Origin: Lachnospiraceae bacterium
GTDB taxonomy: Bacteria > Bacillota > Clostridia > Lachnospirales > Lachnospiraceae
NCBI GenBank assembly: GCA_022652545.1
Contig: JALCRM010000003.1
Location: forward strand, 78,885-142,884
Length of the DNA stretch: 64,000 nt
Direction of reading: 5' to 3'
The notes under the pieces are model-generated. The model worked only from the letters and a program-made list of their open reading frames with translations. It did no database searches and was not told the origin of the DNA. Each line of letters starts with the position of its first letter. Position 1 is the first letter of the stretch. This document shows positions 17,729 to 27,607 of this stretch, piece by piece. The position numbers and the translations under genes were made by a program.

Positions 17729-19717
17729 ATGGAAGCAGCAGAGAACGAAAAGAAACAAAAAAAACCGGCTGCAAAGAAACCGGATGACATCCGGCCGGGA
17801 GGCTTCAACGTAAGCGAGGAGCTGCGCAAGCTTCCGCAGAAGCCCGGTGTTTATATCATGTACGACGAGAACGATACGATCATGTATGTCGGGAAAGCCG
17901 TGAACCTGCATAACCGCGTACGCTCCTACTTCCGGAAGATCGTCGGCCGCGGGCCGCAGATCGACCGCATGGTGCAGCGTCTCGTGCGTTTTGAATACAT
18001 TGTGACGGACAGCGAGCTGGAAGCGCTCGTCCTGGAAAACAACCTGATCAAGGAAAACCGTCCCAAGTACAATACGATGCTGAAGGACGACAAGACCTAT
18101 CCGTATATCAAGGTCACCGTTGCGGAGCCGTTTCCGCGTATCCTGTTCTGCCGTACGCAGAAGCGGGACCGGGCCAGGTACTTCGGCCCGTTCACCAGTC
18201 CGCAGGCAGTGCGCGATACGATCGAACTGCTGGACCGCATGTACGGCCTGCGCGACTGCAACCGCACGCTGCCGGGTGCGCAGGGTGCGGAAAGGCCCTG
18301 CCTCAATTATCATATGAAGCGCTGCTGCGGCCCCTGTACGGGCAATGTAAAGCAGGAGGAGTACCGCGCCGGTGTTGACCGGGCACTGGACTTCCTGTCC
18401 GGCGACTATGCCCCTGTCATACGGGATCTCACGCAGCGCATGGAGAGCGCCTCGGAAGAAATGAACTACGAGGAGGCCATGCGCCTGCGCGATCTGATCG
18501 CCAGCGTGAAGGAAGTGGCGCAGAAGCAGAAGATCACGGAAGACATCGGGGAAAACAGGGATGTGCTGGCCGTCGCCAAGGAAGAGGAAAATACGGATGC
18601 GGACGCGGTCGTGCAGACTTTCTTCATACGCGAAGGGCGCATGATCGGGCGGGAGCATTTCTGCATGACACATGTGGGCGGCTGTACGAAGGCCGAGATC
18701 CTGTCGGATTTCATCCGTCAGTTTTATGCGGGCACGCCTTACATCCCCAGGACACTGATGCTGCAGGAGGAGATCTCCGACCGCGAGGTGGTCGAACAGT
18801 GGCTTTCGGCGCGCAGAGGCTCCAAAGTTACGGTCGAGGTGCCGCAGCGGGGAAGAAAGGAAAAACTTGTCGAGATGGCGCGCGAGAACGCGGAGCTGAT
18901 CCTGGAACGCGACAAGGAGCGCCTCAAGCGCGAAGAGGGAAGGACGATCGGCGCAGTGCGGGAAGTCGCGGAACTTCTGCATATCCCGAAGGCCGACAGG
19001 ATGGAGGCCTTCGACATTTCCAATATCAGCGGCTTTGCCAACGTGGGTTCCATGGTCGTTTTCGAAAAGGGCAGGCCGAAGCGCAGCGATTACAGGAAAT
19101 TCGCCATCCGGAGCGTGACCGGGCCGGACGACTATGCCTGCATGCGGGAGGTGCTCACGCGCCGATTCCGCCACGGACTGGAGGAACGCAGGAAGCTGGC
19201 GGAAGAGGGCGGAAACAGGGACGGCGGGGAAGGCACGCCGCAGGAGGAACTCGGCAGTTTTACGCGTTTCCCGGATCTCATCCTGATGGACGGCGGCAGG
19301 GGACAGGTCAACGTGGCTCTTGAAGTGCTCGGCGAACTGGGTCTTTCCATACCGGTCGCCGGTATGGTCAAGGACGACAGCCACCGCACGCGCGGACTTT
19401 ATTTTGCAGGCAGGGAAACTGCGATCGGGCACAGCTCCGAAGGCTTCAAACTCATTACGAGGATACAGGATGAGGCGCACCGCTTTGCGATCGAATACCA
19501 CCGCTCACTGCGCAGCCGTGCACAGACCGAGTCGCGGCTGGACGCGATCCCGGGGGTGGGGCCGGTCAGGCGACGCGCGCTGATGCAGGCATTTCCGTCC
19601 ATTTCAGCGCTCGAGCAGGCGGATGCGGATACGATCGCGGCCGTGCCCGGGATCTCGCGGGCGGAAGCGGAAAATATCCATGCTTTTCTGCACAGGGAGG
19701 GTGCTTCCGGCGGATGA
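17729..19717 (+). CDS. uvrC: Excinuclease ABC subunit C
   Basis: PGVY..YVGKA GIY-YIG, EAFDISN, DGGRGQ, DEAHRFA, HhH IPGVG. Confidence 0.97.
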   Translation: MEAAENEKKQKKPAAKKPDDIRPGGFNVSEELRKLPQKPGVYIMYDENDTIMYVGKAVNLHNRVRSYFRKIVGRGPQIDRMVQRLVRFEYIVTDSELEALVLENNLIKENRPKYNTMLKDDKTYPYIKVTVAEPFPRILFCRTQKRDRARYFGPFTSPQAVRDTIELLDRMYGLRDCNRTLPGAQGAERPCLNYHMKRCCGPCTGNVKQEEYRAGVDRALDFLSGDYAPVIRDLTQRMESASEEMNYEEAMRLRDLIASVKEVAQKQKITEDIGENRDVLAVAKEEENTDADAVVQTFFIREGRMIGREHFCMTHVGGCTKAEILSDFIRQFYAGTPYIPRTLMLQEEISDREVVEQWLSARRGSKVTVEVPQRGRKEKLVEMARENAELILERDKERLKREEGRTIGAVREVAELLHIPKADRMEAFDISNISGFANVGSMVVFEKGRPKRSDYRKFAIRSVTGPDDYACMREVLTRRFRHGLEERRKLAEEGGNRDGGEGTPQEELGSFTRFPDLILMDGGRGQVNVALEVLGELGLSIPVAGMVKDDSHRTRGLYFAGRETAIGHSSEGFKLITRIQDEAHRFAIEYHRSLRSRAQTESRLDAIPGVGPVRRRALMQAFPSISALEQADADTIAAVPGISRAEAENIHAFLHREGASGG

Positions 19718-19796
19718 CTTTAGCGCTCCGGTATGCTAATATGATAGCGTTATAGACACTATGCGGGTCCGCACTGCGGACAGAACGGAGCAGCAA

Positions 19797-20744
19797 ATGA
19801 GCAGTGTATTGCTGAGCAGCGTCATTGAAAAGATGAAGCTGGAAAACCTGACTCCCGATATAGATATTTCGAAGATCAAGATCCTGCAGCCGGACGTGAA
19901 CCGACCGGCGATGCCTCTGACGGGATATTTTGAACACTTTGAGGCGACGCGTATCCAGATCGTAGGCTTCGTGGAGTACTCCTACATGCAGAGCATGACG
20001 GAGGAGCAGAGGAGCGAGAATTATGAAAAACTGCTCTCAAGCGGCGTGCCGTGCGTGATCTTCTGCAGGGAACTGCAGCCGGGCGATACGTTCACCAAGT
20101 ACGCGGAAAAATACCGCGTACCGCTGCTGATGACCAGGAAATCGACGAGCACGTTCATGGCGGAGCTCATCCGCTGGCTGAACGTGAGGCTGGCCCCCTG
20201 TATTTCCATCCACGGCGTACTGGTGGATGTCTATGGCGAAGGCGTCCTGATCACGGGGGAAAGCGGCATCGGCAAGTCCGAGGCGGCGCTGGAACTGATC
20301 AAGAGAGGACACCGCCTGGTTTCCGACGATGTCGTCGAGATCAGGAAGGTCAGCGAAGAGACGCTGATCGGCTCCGCACCCGATATTACCAAGCACTTCA
20401 TCGAACTGCGCGGGATCGGCATCATCGACGTCAAGGCCCTGTTCGGTGTTTCCAGTGTAAGGGATACGCAGAATATCGATCTGGTCATACAGCTCGAGGA
20501 ATGGGACAAGGAAAAGGAATACGACAGGCTCGGACTCGAGGAAGAATATACGGAGTACCTGGGCAACCGCGTGGTATGTCACCGCATCCCGATCAGGCCC
20601 GGCCGGAACCTGGCGGTCATCTGCGAATCGGCCGCAGTGAACCACAGACAGAAAAAGATGGGTTACAATGCAGCGCAGGAACTGTACAATCGCGTCCAGA
20701 ATTCTCTGAAGAGAAAACACGACGACGATGACGATGAAGGCTGA
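19797..20744 (+). CDS. hprK: HPr(Ser) kinase/phosphorylase
   Basis: HGVLVDVYGEGVLITGESGIGKSE, LVSDD, ELRGIGII, PGRN. Confidence 0.97.
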   Translation: MSSVLLSSVIEKMKLENLTPDIDISKIKILQPDVNRPAMPLTGYFEHFEATRIQIVGFVEYSYMQSMTEEQRSENYEKLLSSGVPCVIFCRELQPGDTFTKYAEKYRVPLLMTRKSTSTFMAELIRWLNVRLAPCISIHGVLVDVYGEGVLITGESGIGKSEAALELIKRGHRLVSDDVVEIRKVSEETLIGSAPDITKHFIELRGIGIIDVKALFGVSSVRDTQNIDLVIQLEEWDKEKEYDRLGLEEEYTEYLGNRVVCHRIPIRPGRNLAVICESAAVNHRQKKMGYNAAQELYNRVQNSLKRKHDDDDDEG

Positions 20745-20766
20745 CAATCATAAGGAGACGGGAAAG

Positions 20767-21705
20767 ATGGGCAACACAATATTCGGCGTGGACGTAGGCG
20801 GTACGACCGTAAAGATCGGCATGTTTGACAAGGACGGGAACAAGCTGGATGTGTGGGAGATCCCCACCAGGACAGGAGAGGGCGGGATCAATATCCTGCC
20901 TGACATCGCTGCCTCCATTCAGGAAAAGATGACGAACCAGGGTCTGTCCAGGGAAGACGTCGTCGGGATCGGCATCGGTGTGCCCGGCCCCGTAGACGAT
21001 ACGGGCACCGTGCATGTGGCAGTGAATCTCGGCTGGGGCACTTTCAATATCAGCGAGACGATGGAAGGGCTTACGGGCATCCCGACTGCAGCCGGCAACG
21101 ACGCCAATGTGGCAGCGCTGGGCGAGTGCTGGAAGGGCGGCGGAAAAGGCCACAAGGATATGGTGCTTGTGACGCTCGGCACAGGCGTGGGCGGCGGCAT
21201 CATTGCCAACGGCAGGCTGCTGACGGGAGCGACCGGCGCCGGCGGCGAGATCGGGCATATCCACATTGACGACAACGAGACCGACCGCTGCAACTGCGGC
21301 AATTACGGATGTTTTGAAGAATCTGCCTCCGCGACCGGCGTGGTACGCCTTGCAAAGCGTATGCTGGCAGCGACGAAGGAAGACAGCACCCTGCGCGGGA
21401 AGCGCCTCACCGCGAGGCTGGTCCTCGACGAGGCGAAGAACGGCGACAAGGTCGCGGTAAAGATCGCGGAACAGTATGGCTACTATCTCGGGAAGGGTCT
21501 GGCTGTGGTGGCTTCCGTCACCAACCCGGAAATGATCGTGCTGGGCGGCGGCGTCTCCAGGGCCGGCGGCATACTGATCGATATGCTGAAGCCTTCGTTC
21601 ATCAAGTACTGCTTCCCCGGTGCGCGCGACTGTAAGTTCGCACTGGCCACGCTCGGCAACGATGCCGGTATGTACGGGGCAGCCAGGCTGGTACTGCAGA
21701 AGTGA
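20767..21705 (+). CDS. ROK family glucokinase
   Basis: GVDVGGT, NDANVAALGE, GTGVGGG, GEIGH, CNCGNYGCFE. Confidence 0.92.
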   Translation: MGNTIFGVDVGGTTVKIGMFDKDGNKLDVWEIPTRTGEGGINILPDIAASIQEKMTNQGLSREDVVGIGIGVPGPVDDTGTVHVAVNLGWGTFNISETMEGLTGIPTAAGNDANVAALGECWKGGGKGHKDMVLVTLGTGVGGGIIANGRLLTGATGAGGEIGHIHIDDNETDRCNCGNYGCFEESASATGVVRLAKRMLAATKEDSTLRGKRLTARLVLDEAKNGDKVAVKIAEQYGYYLGKGLAVVASVTNPEMIVLGGGVSRAGGILIDMLKPSFIKYCFPGARDCKFALATLGNDAGMYGAARLVLQK

Positions 21706-21754
21706 GCCTTTCGGATGCTGCAAGACGGCATGAGGAAGGGGAGAAAGAGCTTTC

Positions 21755-22747
21755 ATGATCGCAGACCTTAAGTCACAGCTGATGCAGATCCTGCCGGAGG
21801 AACGGATCCTGGCGGACGAGCCCATGTCCAGACACTGCTCGTTCCGCACAGGGGGGCCGGCGGATCTGTTTTTACGTATCCGGACAGCAGATGAACTGTG
21901 CAGTGTGCTCGCACTGCTGAAAACAGCAGGAGAGCCTTTCACGGTACTCGGAAGGGGCACAAACCTCCTGGTGGCAGACGGCGGTTACCGCGGTGCTGTC
22001 GTGACGATGACCGGTTCCGGTGCGCGCCCTGTCACGGACACGCTGGACGAAGAAGCGGAAGAAACAGACGGCCGGCCTTCCGACAAAGTACTGCAGAGAC
22101 TGGATACCGTCACGGTGGACGGAGTCCGGATCAGCGCCGGAGCAGGCGCTTCGCTTTCGCACATTGCTGCCGCGGCGAGGGACAATGCCCTTGCCGGCAT
22201 GGAGTTTGCGGCAGGGATACCTGGCAGTGCCGGCGGCGGTCTGGTCATGAATGCCGGCGCGTACGACGGCGAGATGCGCGGCATCGTGGAAACGGCGCAA
22301 CTGCTGATGCCGGACGGTACGCTGCGGACTTTTTCGAATGAAGAAATGGAATTCGGCTATCGCCGCAGCATTCTGAAAAGAGTGCCGGCTACGGCCGTGT
22401 CGGTATGTTTTGTCCTGCATAAAGGCGACAGGGCAGAGATCGCAGCCCGTATGGCCGAGCTTGCGGAAAAGCGCCGGGCCAGGCAGCCGCTGGAATATGC
22501 CAGCGCAGGCAGTACGTTCAAGAGGCCGGAAGGGCACTTTGCCGGCAGGCTCATCATGGATGCGGGACTTGCGGGGTGGCATATCGGCGACGCCGCCGTA
22601 TCGGAAAAGCACTGCGGGTTCGTGGTCAACAAAGGGCATGCCACCTCGGACGAGGTGCGCCGCGTGATCGAGCACGTACAGGAAACAGTCTTTGCGCAGA
22701 GCGGGATCAGGCTGGAGCGCGAAGTGATCTATCTGGGAAGTTTCTGA
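21755..22747 (+). CDS. murB: UDP-N-acetylenolpyruvoylglucosamine reductase
   Basis: GGPA, GRGTNLLV, GIPGS..MNAGAY, QPLEYASAGSTFKRP, LEREV. Confidence 0.96.
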   Translation: MIADLKSQLMQILPEERILADEPMSRHCSFRTGGPADLFLRIRTADELCSVLALLKTAGEPFTVLGRGTNLLVADGGYRGAVVTMTGSGARPVTDTLDEEAEETDGRPSDKVLQRLDTVTVDGVRISAGAGASLSHIAAAARDNALAGMEFAAGIPGSAGGGLVMNAGAYDGEMRGIVETAQLLMPDGTLRTFSNEEMEFGYRRSILKRVPATAVSVCFVLHKGDRAEIAARMAELAEKRRARQPLEYASAGSTFKRPEGHFAGRLIMDAGLAGWHIGDAAVSEKHCGFVVNKGHATSDEVRRVIEHVQETVFAQSGIRLEREVIYLGSF

Positions 22748-22758
22748 AAGGGGATTCA

Positions 22759-23622
22759 ATGAGGATCGTAGTCGTCACCGGAATGAGCGGAAGCGGCAAG
22801 AACACGGCCATCAAAATGCTGGAAGACCAGGGCTATTACTGTGTGGACAACCTTCCGCTGCGGCTGATCGACAAGTTCATGGAACTGCTTTTTGCCCCCG
22901 GCAGCGAGATCTCCAAGGTCTGTATCGGTCTGGACGTGCGTTCCGACGCTTCCTTCGAGTATGTGATGAATGTACTGCAGAAGCTGAAGGAAAAGGGCTA
23001 TAACTACGAGATCCTCTTTATGGATGCGAGCGACGAGACGCTGATCCGCCGCTACAAGGAGTCCAGGCGCGCACATCCGCTGGCGCCCGACGGCCGAGTG
23101 GAAGACGGCATTGAAAAGGAACGCCGCATTCTGGAGGATATCAAGGCACACGCCAACTATGTGATCGACACGTCCAACCTGCTCACAAGGGAGCTGAAGG
23201 AAGAACTGGTCAAGATCTTCCAGGAGAACCAGAATTACAATTCCCTGTTTGTTTCCATCCTGTCCTTCGGCTTCAAATACGGGATCCCGACGGATGCGGA
23301 TCTGGTCTTTGACGTGCGTTTCCTGCCGAATCCTTTTTACATCGACGAGATGAAGCATCTTACGGGCAATGACGCGCTGGTGCACGATTATGTCATGTCT
23401 TTCCCGCAGACGCAGGAATTCATGAAAAAGCTGGACGACATGGTCACCTACCTCATCCCCTTTTATGTGAAGGAAGGCAAAAACCAGCTTGTCATCGCGA
23501 TCGGCTGCACGGGCGGACAGCACAGGAGCGTCACGATCGCCGATGAGCTGTACAAGGCGCTCAAGGACAAGGGAGATTACGGTCTGAAGCTGTATCACAG
23601 GGACGTGGACAACCGCAGGTAA
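22759..23622 (+). CDS. rapZ: RNase adapter RapZ (YvcJ)
   Basis: TGMSGSGK, VDNLP, SFGFKYG, DVRFLPNP, GCTGGQHRSV. Confidence 0.96.
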   Translation: MRIVVVTGMSGSGKNTAIKMLEDQGYYCVDNLPLRLIDKFMELLFAPGSEISKVCIGLDVRSDASFEYVMNVLQKLKEKGYNYEILFMDASDETLIRRYKESRRAHPLAPDGRVEDGIEKERRILEDIKAHANYVIDTSNLLTRELKEELVKIFQENQNYNSLFVSILSFGFKYGIPTDADLVFDVRFLPNPFYIDEMKHLTGNDALVHDYVMSFPQTQEFMKKLDDMVTYLIPFYVKEGKNQLVIAIGCTGGQHRSVTIADELYKALKDKGDYGLKLYHRDVDNRR

Positions 23623-23640
23623 AACAGGAGGCGATGCCCG

Positions 23641-24624
23641 TTGTCTTTTTCTTCGGGAGCAAAACACGAACTGGCGGGAGTGATCCCGGCCGCACGCCAC
23701 TGCCGCATCGCGGAGCTGGCGGCCATGGAAGCCTGCATCCTCACGGTACACGCGCAGAAACGGGCGGACGGAAAGCTGCAGGCCGAAGGCAGGCTCCGCA
23801 GCGAAAACCGCGAGGTCTGCAAAAAATTCTTTACTTTATTTCAGAAAACAATTACTATCAGAAAAGGCATTTCGGAGTTTTCTGAAAATATGCTTCGGAA
23901 CGGCAGCTGCCGGTTTACGGCAGCGGGAGACGACGGGACCTGGATGCCGCTTCTTACGGTGACGAAGGTCATCCGTGAGGACGGGAGCCTGAAGAACCCG
24001 GAAGACGGCGTGAGTGCGCTGCTCCTCAAGAATGACTGCTGCCGGCGCTCCTATCTGCGCGGCATGTATCTCTGCATCGGCTCGATGAGCGATCCGGGCA
24101 AGGAGTATCACCTCGAATTCGTCTGTCCCCGCATACAGCTTGCAGACCAGATCTGCAGTGTACTTGCGCAGGAATCCATTCCCGCAAGGACCGTGCGCCG
24201 CAGAAAACAGTATGTGGTCTACCTGAAGGATTCGACGGCCATCATCGATCTGCTGAATATGATGGACGCGGACGTCAGCCTGATGAATATGGAAAATTCC
24301 AGGATCCTCAAGGAGATCGCGAACTCGGTGAACCGCAGGGTGAACTGTGAAACATCCAATCTTCAGAAGACGGTGAATGCCTCCGGGAAACAGATCGAAG
24401 CCATACGCTATATCCGTGATCACGGAGGATTCGGACAGCTTCCGGAAAATGTCAGGCAGACCGCCGAGCTCCGGCTGGAGCATGAAACGGCTTCGCTTCA
24501 GGAACTGGGAGAATTGTCTGATCCGCCGGTGGGCAGATCCGGGATCAACCATCGGCTGCGCAGACTTACCGAAATTGCGGAAGAACTTCGTGAAAAAGAC
24601 CGGAGATCCCCGGCTGGGAAATGA
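23641..24624 (+). CDS. whiA: DNA-binding protein WhiA
   Basis: MSFS start, YLRG..GSMSDP..YHLE, NRRVNCETSN, SLQELG..GRSGINHRL. Confidence 0.93.
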   Translation: MSFSSGAKHELAGVIPAARHCRIAELAAMEACILTVHAQKRADGKLQAEGRLRSENREVCKKFFTLFQKTITIRKGISEFSENMLRNGSCRFTAAGDDGTWMPLLTVTKVIREDGSLKNPEDGVSALLLKNDCCRRSYLRGMYLCIGSMSDPGKEYHLEFVCPRIQLADQICSVLAQESIPARTVRRRKQYVVYLKDSTAIIDLLNMMDADVSLMNMENSRILKEIANSVNRRVNCETSNLQKTVNASGKQIEAIRYIRDHGGFGQLPENVRQTAELRLEHETASLQELGELSDPPVGRSGINHRLRRLTEIAEELREKDRRSPAGK

Positions 24625-24715
24625 CAGGCAGGAATATCGCCTGCAGCCGGGCCTATGACGAAAACGGAATGTATCGGGGGATATGTGCCGTTGTTTGTTA
24701 CAGGGAGGAAAAATT

Positions 24716-24979
24716 ATGATCAGTAAATCGATGAGAGTGAAGTTATCCACCGGACTGGATGCCAGGCCCGCTGCGGAACTGGTACAGGTCGCCAGCCGCT
24801 ATGAAAGCAGCATCCATATCGAGGCGGACACGAAGAGAGTGAATGCCAAGAGCATCATGGGCATGATGACACTGGACCTCGATAACGGGCAGGCACTTAC
24901 TGTCATCGCCGACGGCAGTGACGAGGAAGCGGCGATCAATGGGATCGAAAACTTTCTCAAAGGCAAAAAAGCCAGCTGA
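24716..24979 (+). CDS. HPr-family protein, Crh-like (Asp at position 15, Ser46 retained)
   Basis: GLDARPAA and VNAKSIMG motifs; downstream of whiA like Bacillus crh. Confidence 0.9.
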   Translation: MISKSMRVKLSTGLDARPAAELVQVASRYESSIHIEADTKRVNAKSIMGMMTLDLDNGQALTVIADGSDEEAAINGIENFLKGKKAS

Positions 24980-25082
24980 GGACAGGGGCCGCAGGCACCG
25001 AAAAAGACTGAGGGACGCTCTGCGGCCGCCGGACAGCGGCCGGGGGCGTTTTATTGTTGGGTGACGATCGGAGCTGAAAACA

Positions 25083-26012
25083 ATGCCGCATCGCATTTAC
25101 CTTCTTTTCAATCCCGTCGCAGGACGCGGACAGATTGTAAATTCTCTTGCCGACATCATAGAGGTGTTCACCGCTGCAGGGTATGAGACAGTGACACGCT
25201 CGACGATGGGCCGCGGCGCTGCAGAACTGCTGGCAAAAAACTTCGACAGCGGGGAGTGCGATTATTTTGTCTGCAGCGGAGGGGACGGCACGCTTGATGA
25301 GGCAGTGAGCGGCCTGATGCAGCGGCCCGATGATGCCGGCACCGTTACGCTGGGCTATATTCCCGCCGGATCGACGAATGATTTTGCTGCGAGCCTCGGG
25401 ATCCCGACGGACATGGTGAAAGCAGCGGAGACGGTCGTGAACGGAAAGAACTTCCGCTGCGATGTGGGACGCTTCAACGGTTCGGAATATTTTGTCTATG
25501 TGGCGGCTTTCGGCATGTTCACGGAGATCTCCTACAGTACACCGCAGGACCAGAAAAACCTGCTCGGCCACTCCGCCTACATCCTGCAGGCGATACGGGA
25601 ACTCATGCAGGTGGACAGGATCCGCACGCACCACATCCGCGTGCAGGCGGATGACGGGATCTATGAGGATGACTACGCTGTCGGGATGATCACGAATTCG
25701 CGTTCGGTGGGCGGCATAGAAGGCATTACCGGCAGACATGTGGATCTGAGCGACGGGCTCTTTGAGGTGACGCTGATCAGGATGCCCCGGAATCCCGTGG
25801 AACTGAATGCAGAAGTGCAGAAGCTCCTGGCTTCCGATCTGCACAATGAATATATGGATCATTTCAAGACCGCAAAGCTTACAGTGGATTCAACGGAGCC
25901 GATCCGCTGGACGAGGGACGGCGAATTCGGAGGAGAACACAGTCACGTGGAACTTGAGGATCTGAAGAGAGCACTGCAGATCCGGGTCCCCGGGACGGTT
26001 CCCCGCAAGTAG
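25083..26012 (+). CDS. Diacylglycerol kinase family lipid kinase (YegS/DagK)
   Basis: NPVAG, GGDGT, PAGSTNDFA, DGE. Confidence 0.92.
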   Translation: MPHRIYLLFNPVAGRGQIVNSLADIIEVFTAAGYETVTRSTMGRGAAELLAKNFDSGECDYFVCSGGDGTLDEAVSGLMQRPDDAGTVTLGYIPAGSTNDFAASLGIPTDMVKAAETVVNGKNFRCDVGRFNGSEYFVYVAAFGMFTEISYSTPQDQKNLLGHSAYILQAIRELMQVDRIRTHHIRVQADDGIYEDDYAVGMITNSRSVGGIEGITGRHVDLSDGLFEVTLIRMPRNPVELNAEVQKLLASDLHNEYMDHFKTAKLTVDSTEPIRWTRDGEFGGEHSHVELEDLKRALQIRVPGTVPRK

Positions 26013-26817
26013 CCGAAGGCGCGGCTGAAAAGCCGAGGGAGCGCAGCAGCGCCAGCGAAGCGGTATTGTCCGCTCCGGCACGCGCCAGGACCTCAGGCAG
26101 GCCGAATTCGGAAAATGCCAGTTGCAGGATACCGCTGCAGGCTTCGGCGGCCAGTCCGCGTCTGCGGTATGACGGCAGCAGCAGGTAGCCCAGTTCCGTG
26201 CCGAAGGCTGTCTGCATAAGGCCGGCGGTTCCGACGATGTGTCCTGTATCGCGGAGGACGAGGGCCCAGAGTCCCCAGCCGTAAAATTCGTAGCAGTTTT
26301 TCCGGTAGGCGCGAATCGCATCCTCAATTTCCGGGAACGTCTCGCCGGGGACCTCGAGAAAATGCCGGGCGGACGGCTCGCTGCGCAGGGCGGCAGCGGC
26401 AGCGGCGTCTTCCGAACAGCGCTCTGAGAATTCCCGCACAGTCAGCCGCCGTGTCGTGAGGACGGTCCAGGGGATGCCGGTCTCCCTCTCGTAGATTTTC
26501 TCGAAGTCGCGGCCCCACAGTTCTGCGGGATCCTCCACGACAAAGCGTGCCAGGGAAAGATCCTCACCGGCGTTGTTTGCGTGCCGGTATGCGCAGAAAG
26601 GTCTGCCGGAGGCCCTGAGAGCGGAAAGGATGCGCGCGGAGTCTCCCATGCACAGGGTGCCGCTGTCCGCTTCCGCTTCCCACGCTTCGGAAAAGAGGAA
26701 GGTCTTAGCTTCCAGACCTTCTTCGGCAATGGAAAGGCAGGCTTTCTCCGCTTCTTTTTGTGCGGATGACCCCGTATCCAGCAGGATCACGATTTTATGC
26801 AGAAGTCCATACAACAT
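25879..26817 (-). CDS. GNAT (RimJ/RimL-like) acetyltransferase with an extra N-terminal domain; start uncertain
   Basis: TRRLTVRE, YGWGLW..VGTAGL, ELGYLL..RRRGLAAEA, NTASLALLRSLGF. Confidence 0.7.
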   Translation of the reverse strand: MLYGLLHKIVILLDTGSSAQKEAEKACLSIAEEGLEAKTFLFSEAWEAEADSGTLCMGDSARILSALRASGRPFCAYRHANNAGEDLSLARFVVEDPAELWGRDFEKIYERETGIPWTVLTTRRLTVREFSERCSEDAAAAAALRSEPSARHFLEVPGETFPEIEDAIRAYRKNCYEFYGWGLWALVLRDTGHIVGTAGLMQTAFGTELGYLLLPSYRRRGLAAEACSGILQLAFSEFGLPEVLARAGADNTASLALLRSLGFSAAPSATCGEPSRGPGSAVLSSDPQVPRDCVLLRIRRPSSSGSAPLNPL

Positions 26818-26835
26818 ATCAGAAAGGATACCACG

Positions 26836-27330
26836 ATGGCTGAAAAAAATCTCACAGTAACGATCACCATGAAGGACGGCGGCATCATGAAGGGAGAACT
26901 TTACCCCGACACAGCCCCGGAAACGGTAGCCAATTTCAGAAAACTGGCCGATGCAAAGTTCTATGACGGCCTGATCTTTCACCGCGTCATCCCGGGGTTC
27001 ATGATCCAGGGCGGCGATCCTAAGGGCAACGGCACGGGCGGACCGGGCTGGACGATCCGGGGAGAGTTCGCGGGAAACGGCGTCAAAAACGATCTGAAGC
27101 ACACGCGCGGCGTACTTTCCATGGCACGTGCACAGGATCCGGATTCGGCCGGTTCCCAGTTTTTCATCATGCATGACAGCGCCCCTTACCTGGACGGGCA
27201 GTACGCAGCCTTCGGAAAAATAACGGAAGGGCTGGATGTCCTGGACAGGATCGCAGCAGCGGAAACCGACCGCAGTGACAGACCCTGCAATGACCAGGTG
27301 ATCGCCGGGATCCGCGTTACGGAGAATTAA
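26836..27330 (+). CDS. Cyclophilin-type peptidyl-prolyl isomerase
   Basis: FYDGLIFHRVIPGFMIQGGDP, SMARA..SAGSQFFI; SD AAAGGA. Confidence 0.96.
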   Translation: MAEKNLTVTITMKDGGIMKGELYPDTAPETVANFRKLADAKFYDGLIFHRVIPGFMIQGGDPKGNGTGGPGWTIRGEFAGNGVKNDLKHTRGVLSMARAQDPDSAGSQFFIMHDSAPYLDGQYAAFGKITEGLDVLDRIAAAETDRSDRPCNDQVIAGIRVTEN

Positions 27331-27479
27331 CGGCGTCTGTCGGCACAAGGGAGGAAGACAGGAAAAAGCCTTCGGTTTACGCAACTTAAAGGTTTACTTC
27401 ACATTCCGTTCATATTTTATTTAAATTATCTTAAACAGGCGCGCAAACTTTGGTCACGAAATGAGGTTACTATTAGTTT

Positions 27480-27599
27480 GTAAGATACAGATAGGAAATG
27501 CCGCAGGCCGCAAGGCCAAACAAACTGATAACTTTTTCATAATACTGCCGGGTGCCCGCAAGGTACCCGGCATCCTCCCTCTTTAGGGAGATTTTTTTT
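27480..27599 (+). ncRNA. Candidate stand-alone small RNA (family not identified)
   Basis: Follows an AT-rich promoter-like tract; two GCAA-capped hairpins and a terminal hairpin plus T8. Confidence 0.5.
27575..27599 (+). terminator. Intrinsic terminator
   Basis: CTCCCT-cttt-AGGGAG followed by ATTTTTTTT. Confidence 0.7.
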
Positions 27600-27607
27600 G
27601 CCGTTTT

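Noticed and set aside
22759-24624. Absence of yvcK/glmR between rapZ and whiA
   Set aside because: A gene-order variant with no remnant visible; not evidence of a novel system
26818-27384. N-terminal extension of the 501-aa minus-strand ORF
   Set aside because: It is antisense to the cyclophilin gene; only the portion from about 26817 downward looks like a real GNAT protein
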